From Gonapodya sp. JEL0774 (Eukaryota), in the NCBI GenBank assembly GCA_027604505.1, contig JADIIX010000031.1, forward strand, positions 62,001 through 126,000: DNA of 64,000 nt, in the 5' to 3' direction. Shown one piece after another: positions 1-10,756 of this stretch. The position numbers were made by a program, and so were the translations under genes. Under the pieces are notes generated by a model. It did no database searches. It was given only the letters and a program-made list of their open reading frames with translations, and was not told the origin of the DNA. Within the stretch, counting starts at the first letter, position 1. The number at the start of each line of letters is the position of its first letter.

Positions 1-202
1 TCGACCCCGTTGTCGAGACCATGCACGTCGAGTTACACACACAGCCGCCATTTGTCACGCCCGTAGCCGTCGTTGCTGTCGTCTGAGCATACCCCACTCG
101 GGAGAACACTGCAAGAGCCACTGTCACGGTGGTCAGCACGGCCCCGACCAACTCCGCCCATCGCGGTCCGCCTTTCCCTTTTCGTCTCGTTGTCGACGCC
201 AT
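1..202 (-). CDS. 5' end (runs off window) of a secreted/membrane protein: signal peptide followed by Cys-rich module
   Basis: ATG at 202 reads MASTTRRKGKGGPRWAELVGAVLTTVTVALAVFSRVGYA|QTTATTATGVTNGGCVCNSTCMVSTTGS with no stop to the window edge; the hydrophobic leader ending A-Q and the CxC..C start resemble the gene at 8257. Confidence 0.6.
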   Translation of the reverse strand, partial: MASTTRRKGKGGPRWAELVGAVLTTVTVALAVFSRVGYAQTTATTATGVTNGGCVCNSTCMVSTTGS

Positions 203-2570
203 CTCGGGGCCGTGGAACTGGACGCGTAAAAATTGGCGAAAAAAGGGTCGGGATGTGCCGTTGTTGCCTGGGGGTGGAAATGTGAGGCACTCACCTCCAT
301 CTGCACGAACTCGTATCAACAATCGAGAACGCACACGGTTCAATACTTTACCAGAGTCCGCGCTGACGCAGGCAAAAAAAATGATTTTTTGCAGAAACAA
401 ACTGCTCGTTGTGTCCAGTCTCCCCTACAATGACACAGTGTTCGCCCTCTTCGGGACATCTCGGTGTGGCTTTTGTTGTGGGTCGTGTTTTGATGTTTGT
501 TGTCCAACCCCCGTTCCCCACTGAATCCCAAGACTGGGTGTTGGGAGCGCACTCCTTATGTAGTAGACAATGAGGGTAACGCACAACACTAACTCTTCTA
601 ATTGCAGCGTGGGGAGGGTGGCCATTGCTGTATTCGGTCAAAGGACACGTGCAGCAGCAGTAGCCGAACGTGTCATTTTGTGGATCAAATTGGGTTGGAG
701 AGAAGAAACCAGTGACTGAGATCTCGCAAGAAGGAGCCACAGTCTGTATCTTCCCACATGAGAGAATTTGAATCAATTGTGTGCAGAGCATATCAATCAA
801 TGGTCAACGAACGAGCTGGGCTCAAGATTGTTCCAGTCTGAGCCAGTTGCTACCTGCTTGGGCAGAAGCAAGAGACCGTCGCCCTTCGAGAGATGATGTG
901 GTGCATAATACAAACAGGGAGCGACCAGTGCACAGTCCAAGCGAATGGCGTGCCTGAACACAGTTCTGTATGTCAGCTAAGAGAGTTAAGCAATTAATAG
1001 CAGGCATGGAGGAATTGGTACGATCCGCAGGAGATGCCAGGGTCAGAGCAACAATCATTCTGCTCCAAGTCCAATCATATTAATGGGACCGTGTTTGGAA
1101 TCTAGTATCGAGAGATCGGTCGTTCCAAAATTGCGCCACCTTTCGCCAATTTCAAATCGGAGCGATTCGTGAGCAACTTGCGATGCATGATCTCACATTG
1201 CTGTGTGTACCGAGTGTCAAAGACATGGTGCGTATTATGCGCGCGGCGGATTTAATATTCTTCTGGACGCAACGAGCACATAGTACACCACTCATGGACA
1301 GGCATGGTGTAGCCAGCGTGTATTCTGAATCGGTAGCTTTGTTGGAAGAGTTCCATTTCACTCGATTGCTGACAAATGACAGCCGTTCCGCCGATCTCCG
1401 TGATAAGTCTCCCCAAGAGCTTGCAGCCGAGAAGAATTTCGACTAGAGCGCTGCATTGCCGTATGTTGCGCGATCTTATGTTTTCATTCTTGGTTTGTGT
1501 TACTCTATTGTGACGTAACAAGAACGAATACGTGGATGTGGAGGGAAGAATCCCAACGGATCCCAGACGGTTGGGAACCATGGGTTTTTTGCACGCAATG
1601 CATCAAAATGAAATACCATAGAAAATTCCGAGGAAGGAATCGGAATAGAGCTCGGTCCTGCTCCGTCGACGCTCAGCAGGTGCTTGGATAGGCGTGACTG
1701 TACCGAAGATGCGTAGATGCACTCGGTAAATACATAGATGCATTGAAAATACAGAAGAACATATCTTTTCGCGTTCTTTGGATAGCGCCACTCTGCTCCG
1801 AGCCAATGTGAGGGTGATAGGGTTCTGGCACTCCGTGTATGTCATGCAGCGATGGGGATTTTATGTCTTGAATACACTTGAAGACATATACCCGTACCGC
1901 CAAGATACCAGGAAAATATCCGCGGGAGTTCAAAAGGCGCGGCTGCCGATTTTCTACTCTTGTAGAACGCGTTCGTCCTCGTCCGGACCGGGTCGCTGAG
2001 CTCGCGGACCTTCGCCCGTCCCCAAGTCCGCGCGACACCATAATTTCAATTAAATTCCGCCGAAAACTGGGGTGACGTGCGGCAAAAGCAGCACGCTGTG
2101 GTAGCTTTTTGTGCTTTGCTTCAAGAGAATGTCGTGCTTCAACCTTTGTGGAGAGGAAGAGCGAGTGCAGGAAAGGCGAGGGCCTAGGACCACGGAAAGG
2201 GACATTCAGAAAATTGTTGAGGTGCGTACCAAAGCGATGAAAAGTTTCTAAAAGTCCTGGCGTGGTGCGATGTGTTTCATCCTGGTGTCGGGAGCACCGG
2301 ATGGACATAAAAGACGCGGTGAAATTGGGCAAGACGTACGGCGACACAGGATTGACATGTTCATGGAAATCGGCAAAATGCTGCAAAATTCCATTCATTA
2401 GTGATGAAAGTGTCTCTCAATGCAGACTATCTGTTTCTTTTTCCGTCCTTCTAACCACCGTTTCCACGTCCCTGCAGCTCCCAACGCGCCGTCCCTTCTC
2501 CGCCGCCTCAACACGCTCACGCGCACCACACCTCGACCTCGACCTTGGTCCTTCCTGGGGCTTCGGCGAC

Positions 2571-3815
2571 ATGTTCGGGCCCTCCTTTTTCCGCCCATCG
2601 TCTCGGGCCTCCACCTCCTCACCAGCACTCTTCAGGTCAAACTCAGTTGGCCGCAGTGTTAGCGGTGCTATGACCCCGCCCGTAGGAACTTCAAGCATTC
2701 CAAGCAATGCGATGAACGGTGTAGGCCGCTTATCGAACGTGAACAAGAGCAATGCCGGCAAGGTGTGGGCACCCACATCCCCAATCACTCCGAGTCCCCT
2801 CAATCCCAAGCGCCGTCTTTCAAACACTGCGCCCATTGCACAAGGGTACCAGCAGCACGTTGTTTCGTCCACTGTCGGCCCTCCGACCGTGCGTTCTCCA
2901 GTCTCAATGCTAGCTTCCAACCCGTACGGATCGCCACGACCGGTCCCTGCCACAGTCGCCTCTCCACCACCCGTTCCTCGTTCCCCAGTGTATGCGCGGG
3001 CGTCTTCTGTCGCAACGAGTCACGCCTCCTATTACAGTGATGTTCATTTTGCAGAGAACCCTTTCTCCTCCGATACCTCGTCGGTTCACTCGGCCCCCTC
3101 ACCACCTCCGAACGACACATTGTCACCCGAGCCTGAAATGATAATGGAAGTTGAGGAATGGATTCCTGGCAACAACAACTTCGACATAGGCATGTTCATG
3201 GGTGGTGCTAGTGTGGGCCGGGTGTCCCCACTGCAGAGCCCGCGGACCACCACCCCCGTACCGTACAACAATTCCGGAGCCGCGGCTGGTGGAGTTTTCA
3301 CCTACCGAGCAGGCTCTCCCCGTTCAGCATCACCCATGACTCCATCGAACCCCTATGCCTTCGACTCTGTTCGCACCGACTCGCCAGTCACGACAGGACA
3401 CCCGCACCCGTCGTACGCCTCGTACGCCGCATCCCGATTCAGTCCGACGAGCACTTCAGACTCGGGAGAGAGCACCGACAGTGGACTTGGCCCCCGTACG
3501 CCACCTCCCCCACTCGTGAAAGCCGGAATCATTGTTCCACCGCCCAAGCAACCCATCCCCGCGGCCGTGTTCCACGTCACGTTCCATCCCCCAGCGGACG
3601 GACGGGTGTACGCGATCGAGGAGTACTTCCCTTCGGGTACGTTGTCGGGTGAGATCGCTTTATCCCCCGGCGATCGCGTGGAGGTCTACGAGATTGTGGG
3701 ACAGGGAGTCGTCAAGGGCCTCAACGTGGACACGGGCGAGGAAGGAGTGTTCCCGGAGTGGGCTTTGGGACGAGGCCAGGCTGGGAGAGGTACTCCTGTG
3801 GCAGGATTGGCTTGA
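2571..3815 (+). CDS. Ser/Pro-rich protein with C-terminal SH3 domain
   Basis: Long ORF; C-terminus RVYAIEEYFPSGTLSGEIALSPGDRVEVYEIVGQGVVKGLNVDTGEEGVFPEWAL fits the SH3 pattern but lacks the usual Trp. Start at 2571 is a best guess. Confidence 0.7.
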   Translation: MFGPSFFRPSSRASTSSPALFRSNSVGRSVSGAMTPPVGTSSIPSNAMNGVGRLSNVNKSNAGKVWAPTSPITPSPLNPKRRLSNTAPIAQGYQQHVVSSTVGPPTVRSPVSMLASNPYGSPRPVPATVASPPPVPRSPVYARASSVATSHASYYSDVHFAENPFSSDTSSVHSAPSPPPNDTLSPEPEMIMEVEEWIPGNNNFDIGMFMGGASVGRVSPLQSPRTTTPVPYNNSGAAAGGVFTYRAGSPRSASPMTPSNPYAFDSVRTDSPVTTGHPHPSYASYAASRFSPTSTSDSGESTDSGLGPRTPPPPLVKAGIIVPPPKQPIPAAVFHVTFHPPADGRVYAIEEYFPSGTLSGEIALSPGDRVEVYEIVGQGVVKGLNVDTGEEGVFPEWALGRGQAGRGTPVAGLA

Positions 3816-4426
3816 GTTCTTCTCGATGGCTGGGTGGGGGTGGATGTCATTGGGGCATCACACCGGCAACACTGCACATCAGATGCAGGGCAGTCCCACT
3901 GTCCTGGTAAGGAACAGACTCTTTTGGATCGGAATGTGAGCAGTATTCTGGCGAGATATTTGGAAGTACTCTTGTTGCTTTCGTTGTAATTATGTGCGTG
4001 CTTTTGTGCATTGTCGTGGTCTTTATCTACAGTCAGTCAGAAGTGCGACATCAACATACTAGGATAAGCAATTTGGAATTTAAATCACCCTAAAGTTTCT
4101 TCCATAATCAACGTTCCAACATAATGGCACCAACCAACAAATGCAACATTGTAAGGTGAAAGGTTTGAACTTCTTCCATGATGGACATGGCCAGACAGAT
4201 TCTTGAATCATAACTGATTTGAACTGTCTTCCTCTATACCCACTCATCAACTGGGCTGGGAGTGTGCTGCCTGCTTCGCTTCCGTGTAGGGGCTGGTGCC
4301 ACCGGCGCACTAGTTGTGGCTCGTGCAGGATCAGTGTGCAAGGATGGGGGGGGGGGGGGGGGGGGAAGGGGTTGAAGCGGTGTGGGGGGCCAAGGGGGTT
4401 ACAAAGGTAAAACCGCGGCGATTGGG

Positions 4427-4436
4427 NNNNNNNNNN
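4427..4436. other. Assembly gap (10 N) flanked by poly-G, low-quality GC-rich sequence
   Basis: Run of N with G/C homopolymers over about 4345-4510. Confidence 0.95.
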
Positions 4437-4982
4437 CGGCGTCGGGCCGTCTGGTGGCGGGGCCGGCCGGCCCGCGGGGCGGGGGGGGGGGCGGGGCGGC
4501 GGCCCCCCCCCAGCCGAGGCAGCGGTGTTGGTGGCCAAAGTGGATTCAATCTGAGATCCTCGTCGATTGTGAGGATGGGGAATATGCGACAAATCAAAGA
4601 TGGGGCGTCTCATTTCTGAGAAATAAAGGATCAGACCCATGCGTATTGAACAAGTTCTAATGCGCAAGTGGTTGATCAAGATTTCTTTAACTTCAACCCA
4701 TTTCCTTGATGCTTTCAACAGAATCAAAGTCAGCTTCCGGCTGGACCCTTGTCTTGTGTAGACATAGGTGATGGAATGGACAGTGAGGGAAGAAGAAGTG
4801 GTTTCTTGTTCCTTGGTTTGGTTGAGTGGAAAATAAGTTTGTTATTCTGGTGCAGTTTCTCCGGAGCAGGCCAGACACAGCAAACACAAGAACACAACAG
4901 CAAAGCAAGCTGCCGCTGCCGAGTGACTTTTCTCCCGACAGAAACCGATTGGATTAGCGCACGCGGGGACAGCGCGATCCAG

Positions 4983-7790
4983 ATGTCAGAGATTGATTCA
5001 CCGGATCTAAATGTGGACTTTTTTCAGCTTCCGCCGAGCCCCGGGTTCGGCACGTCAGACGACAGGGATCTTGTCGAGGCAGTCGAAGCGGGAGAAACCC
5101 TTCGAGCGTGTCAACTCCTGCTCGAGGGCGCTGATCCCCACTCCCGCAAGCGCGTGACCCTGACGGTTGATATTCATCACACAACACTCCTGCAGGACTC
5201 CTCATCCACTTCGCGCCCCGTCACTCGCTCTGAAACAGTGGAGTGCGAGTCGGTTTTGGGTCTCGCGATCATGCACGGCCATGTCGACATTGTGGAACAG
5301 CTGCTCAAGATGGGCGCTAACCCAAACGCTCAAATCGAATGGTCGCGATCAAACTGGTTCGAGTCTTGGACTCCGAAAGATTGGCTGGATCGCCGTTGGC
5401 GCTTTAAGTGCTCCTTCCCGTCTGCGTTGAGTCTGGCAGTGGGCAGAGGGGGCACCGGAAAATATTTCGAAGGATACCTATTGGCGGATATCCCAGAACC
5501 AAACGGCGCGCTGTTTGTCAACCTCAAGGGAGGAGAAGTGATGTTGGAAAGTCCAGCAACTATGGAGGAAGCATATGTCCAGCTGACTGTCCAACCGAAA
5601 CTCGAAATTGTGAATTTACTCCTCAAGCACGGCGCAGAGGTGACCCCCGCCGCGTTGGCTGCCGCCAAGAAGCAGTCCGATCCCAAGTATCTGGAGGCCA
5701 TGGAGCGCCACGTCTCGGAGAGAGGGGATTCCGCCACCCCGCGGACGTCCCCTTCCATCGATATTATGTCTAGGATTCACGCTCTAAAGCAAATTTTGGA
5801 CGATAACAATGCGCTAAGACAAAGATGGAACGATCTGCACGATGCAGTAACTATGTTCGTCGATTCTGATTTTGAACCCACAAGCGATGACGAGATCACG
5901 CTGAGAGTGGGGGACAATGTCCGTGTTGTCGATGAATACGCCGACGGATGGTGCCTGGTGTGTTGAGCTGTTTGCGCAAGCCCTCTTCCAAAGTTGCGAA
6001 TGAGCGTTGTCTGATGTTGATTGTTCTCACCCACCCACACCACTTGTTGACCTACTGCACTACCAATCCAACCGTTCAACTTGACAATGCATTATCTGTT
6101 CAGGGCATCAACAACACGACGCAAGCTCTCGGCTATTTCCCCCTAGGCTACCTCAGTCCTGCAGATGCAGACCCGATGTTCTATCACCCATCGGTCTTCC
6201 TGCGGAACCGCAATGAACAAACGGGGGTTGATCGAATCACAAAAAGCCCCGAGAACTCGACGGTCCAACAAGATTTCCCGACAGGTGTGAACCCTGTGAC
6301 CCAACCATTGGTTTTGCAGCGGAATAATGCGGGAGGTGCCTCTCCCCGCCATGAAGGGACGGAGCTTGATCGAATCTCAAAAGGCCCCGAGATCTCGTCC
6401 ATCGAGCAAGATTTGCCGACAGGTGTGAATCCTGTGACCAGATCGCTCATGGCATCGAATATCCGTTTACAGGAAGAGAACGCGGAGTTGCTGAGGAAAA
6501 ACGCTGAAGTGACACAAACGTTAAATTCGATGGCGACAGAGAATTTTAACCTCATAGAGAAGAACGAGGAGTTGCTTAAGAAGACCCAGGAACTCGAGAA
6601 GGTCAAAATGGAACTATCAGCCAGTGCAATTCTCGCCGAGCAAAAAGCTGGAGAAATGGAGGAGCGCATTACCAAAACCCTTGCCGAAATCGAGGATCTC
6701 AAATCCGAGCAGCAATCATTGCGTGCCTCGAATCAAACACTGCAGGCGGACATCGACACTCTCCGGTCCGAGGGTACCTCGAGACTCTCGAGAATCACAT
6801 TTTTGGAGCAAGAAAATGCTTCACTTCACGCTCAGGCCCTGATCCAGGCCACTCGCGTCTCGAATATGGCAGCACTCGAGCAGGAGAATGCTTTGCTTCA
6901 CGCTCAGGCTCTGATCCAGGCTACTCGCGTCGCGAACATGGCAGCACTCGAGCAGGAGAATGCCGCACTCCGCGCTCAAGCTCAGAACGCTCGTGCTCCA
7001 GAACCACCTCGGTCGGTCAAGAAGCTCATGTTCTGTATCCGCAATTTCAATGCCCGAGGACCTGATGAACTCGAACTCAGAGTTGGGGATGAGATATATG
7101 TGAAATTGGAGTACAGCGATGGGTGGGGAATGGTGAGTGTGAAGATCATTGAGGCTTGGACTCGCTGTTGAGCTTTTGTAAATCAACTCCTGAGCATACC
7201 CATACCGAAAACAACAGGGTATCAACATGGCGACTGAGGCGTCCGGCTATTTCCCCTTCACTTGCGTTTCGTCAACACCTATAGCACCTGCTGCACCCGG
7301 TCCTGCACTGTTTGGTCCGCCTTATCTCACTAGACACGATTCCCGGGAAGCAGCGGCGCAATTAGCATTCAATGTTCAGGCCCCGGTCGGAAATTTTGCA
7401 CCAACAGGACCGGGCGCCGTGCAGCCACCTCCACGTCCCAACCTCCATCCAAATTACCCTGCCCGCCATGACTCGCGGAATACACAGATGAATCCAAACC
7501 ACCGAACATCAGAATTGTTTGCCGCGGGACCCGTAACATCCGCTCCCGAACGCACGGCCGGAGGCGAGTTCCGCAGGCCGGACGTCGCTGGCCCTGCCAA
7601 TAGGTTACATCATCCGATCTCTGGAGACTACCAGCAGCAGCTCTTTCCCAACATCCTTCAAGGAGGGGTCGATCCGATTGGAGATCGAACTGTGCGTTTC
7701 CAAAGGACATCCAATGCGAGTGCGATAGCGGAGGCAACTAGCGCTCATGCAGAGCGCTTTCAAAGGTCGAGAGCACCAGACAGTTCGTGA
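4983..7790 (+). CDS. Ankyrin-like domain + SH3 + coiled coil + SH3 protein (exons 4983-5957, 6104-7132, 7218-7790)
   Basis: Ankyrin-like segments LLLEGADPHSRK, ESVLGLAIMHGHVDIVEQLLKMGANPN, LEIVNLLLKHGA. Both SH3 domains are completed by phase-0 GT-AG introns (DGWCL|GINNTTQALGYFPLGYL; DGWGM|GINMATEASGYFPFTCV). Heptad-rich central region. Confidence 0.85.
6803..6970 (+). repeat. 72-nt coding tandem repeat (LEQENAxLHAQALIQATRVxNMAA), about 2.3 copies
   Basis: Units start at 6803, 6875 and 6947 and are near-identical. Confidence 0.9.
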
Positions 7791-8256
7791 TCTATGCGCA
7801 AACGATGGAAAGACGCTCAACTATTTGCGTTATGTAATGACGGAGTCGATCGTTCAGACACACTAGCCCTGCTAGTTACAGGCTGATACGTGGGGAGACA
7901 TTGGACTTTTACATAAGTGACAGCATTTTGAATGCTATCGAGCGAGTTCTTAATTTTGCTGTCGTTTCGGACGTGGTGCTTTACGTTGTTGATGTGTGTG
8001 AGTAAGAAGTAGCAAGCCATGTGCAAAAAGTTAATAATCTTCAAATTCGGCGTAGTTGATTTCCTTGTAGGTGTTGGGTTCTGGCGAGCATGTTTAATCG
8101 GAGAATATGTAGTGCATGCACTACCTGCACTGAGAATATGTGGGCGCCGGTTTTGGTTCCACCCTTCCCCATCCAGTTTTGGCAAGTTACTTGCTCCTCC
8201 CGACTTCTGGATTCCTCCTCGACCACCTAGTCTCTGGCGTGAATTCGCCTAGCAAG

Positions 8257-10036
8257 ATGGCCCCGTTTTTGCGCCTGTCAGCATGGTCGCAGAGGGCGGT
8301 TGCTCTGGTCGTTCTCGCCTTGCTTGCCCTCGAGAGCGGCATTTCGGCGCAGATCGTTACGTACAACAAGTGCAAATGCTCTGCAGACTCGCCCTGCTAT
8401 GTGGGAGGTGTCTATCTTCAGGCTCCTGTGAGTCGGAAAAGGCTTGAAGCATGGCTCAGTCATGGGACCGTGTGGCTAGTCACTAAGCTCAGGAACTCGT
8501 TTCGCCGTTTCCTCCAACTCCTAGTGGTGTTTCGTAGACTCAGCATCTTGTAGCGTTGGTGTTCCTTACAATGACACTGCAACGGGACGGGGCTGGGATT
8601 TGTGCCCGGCGGTGAGTGCCCCCCTTGCTCTTTTGCTGGGATGCCTCTGAAAGGTGAAGGTTCAACCACCTGCCCGCTACCCCTGCATGCTATCCGTCTT
8701 CTCGACCATAAGGACGCTTCGACCACACGCTATACGATTGGCCTGACTGCCTCTCCCTCCACCATCACTTCCACCTCCCAACCCACACCTACCTCAAGTA
8801 ATCCATCAGCACAGTCGTCGCAAGGATCATCTGGACTTTCCACGACTGCGATTGTGGGAATCGCAATTGGAGTAGTTGCTGGCGTGGCAGCGATAGCAGC
8901 TGTCGGTTTGTTTGCTGTGCGGAATAGGAGGAAGTCAGGAGGTTCAGAGTCCGGAAAAGGGGACCACGACGGGGTGAGTGGACCACGTAAAGAGAGCTAG
9001 ATGTGATTTAGGCACTCAGAACGGAATCGCTGGTCTGGAAGGACCAGCTGAGTGCCCAGCGAGGCCAACCTGTGACCACCAGTAACAATGGCCGGGGGTG
9101 GTGTGCAGGGATCCACAGGTTCTTATGTTTTGCAACCACAAGGAGATCGCAAGCTGTCGTTTTGAGGATGCAGTTGTGGCTGCGAGTGATGAAAGCCACC
9201 CCCTTCAGAATGGTGTTGGTGCCCTGATTTGGGAATCTCCATCACACCGAGCCCCCGGTCCACCATTCTTCCCGTGCTTACGCTGTAAACTTTTGTCTGC
9301 CTACAGGCCGTTTCGCACGATGTCGTCTCCACGGCGGACCTCCACGCCGGCACCACGACCCCATTACCCGGCGCTACTGCCTCTGTCCCCCCCCGCCCCG
9401 CCACCGCGTGGTCGGTATCATCCGCAGTGACGGCTTTTGGTGCTTTCGGAGGCCAGGCAGCTGCCGTAGAAAATGCTCGCGCCAATCGTAGCTCGAAAAA
9501 GGCCATCGCCCACTCGGGTTTGGCCGGTCCTCCAACAAACGCCTATCAAGACGTCTCGTCGCCCTCGCCAGAGTCGACGTCCACTTATGTCCCCAACGTG
9601 GGGCACACACCCGTTCCCTACAGCAGTTCAACTGCCTTCATCTCCTCCCATTCCGATTCCCATGGGGCGCTGTCCTTCTCTGCTCCCGCACCGTCCATCA
9701 CATCCTCCCTTGGATCGATGGGTCTTGCACCACGTTCTTCCTTCGCTCCAGTGGCTGCACCAGCAGTGACTGGATTCGAAGGCGGTCCCTCCTTTGTTGC
9801 AATGGAGGCATACACCCCTCAATATCCCGGTGACTTGAAACTCTCCGTGGGTGACGGCGTGGAGGTTGAACATAGATTCGGAGATGGGTGAGTGTTCTTG
9901 TTTGACCGAGCTCGGGGTTTCGTGGACTTCCAGTTTGACCGGCTCCCCAATGACACTCAATAGGTGGGCACGTGGAAAAAACACTTCTACGGGCGAGGTC
10001 GGAGTATTCCCCGAAGGTTTTGTGGGGATCGCATGA
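8257..10036 (+). CDS. Type I membrane protein: signal peptide, Cys-rich ectodomain module, S/T stalk, TM, cytoplasmic SH3 (exons 8257-8427, 8525-8611, 8713-8973, 9307-9887, 9964-10036)
   Basis: Leader AVALVVLALLALESGISA|Q; spliced module CKCSADSPCYVGGVYLQAP|WCFVDSASCSVGVPYNDTATGRGWDLCPA; TM AIVGIAIGVVAGVAAIAAVGLFAV-RNRRK; SH3 FVAMEAYTPQYPGDLKLSVGDGVEVEHRFGDG|WARGKNTSTGEVGVFPEGFV. All junctions are GT-AG and in frame. Confidence 0.8.
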
Positions 10037-10756
10037 GATGCGGTAATGGTGGTCGTTGACTTTCACATGACCCGACTTAGTGACCTGATATGTGAAGTAG
10101 ATAATTGAGTCTTTTTATCGTCGTGGGAGCTTTCTCGTTGCTCTTTCAAGTTGAACTGAAGAGGTATTGAGTCAGCTATTCCTGAGCAATCTGGCAACGT
10201 AACGTTATCGCTATTTCGTTGGAAGGCGCTGCTGCATTTGTATGCGCGCGGTGTGAATAGAATAAAGAAAGCGCCGCAAGATCGCTTCCAGATGATAGTA
10301 GAATAGTAGAGTTAAACGAGCACCCAAGGGAAATTCGAATAGTCAGGTGAAAAATGTCAGACAAACCTTCTTGCGAAACCTTGTCTCGAAAGAACTCTCA
10401 GTGACAAGTCACCTCTGAGGTAGACTGGAAACTATGTTGAGCACAATTGAATGAATAATACATAAAATTATCATTCTCCACTGTTACTGTCCAATCAAAG
10501 TGAACACTTCTCCAAATCTAGGTCTCTGAAATGAAAACTTGTATGTTTACTTAGCACATTTGTTAGCGTGGCACTTTCATGCTCCAAACCAGCCAGCACT
10601 TTCCGACGTGAACACAGATGTACGACCACAAGTGCGAGCACTCAAGGGATACGGAAAACGAGCATGCTGTCATTGGGTGATTTGCTGGATCACCGCTCCT
10701 CTTGCATGCACCACGATCCGATGACCCCGACCATCACGAGCTTTCAACAACAGACT

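Noticed and set aside
550..2260. Several 60-240 aa ORFs, possible transposon relic
   Set aside because: No recognisable transposase/RT motif, terminal repeat or consistent exon chain.
4345..4510. Poly-G / G-quadruplex-like GC-rich tract and the Pro-rich ORFs crossing it
   Set aside because: It directly flanks an N gap and looks like low-quality read ends.
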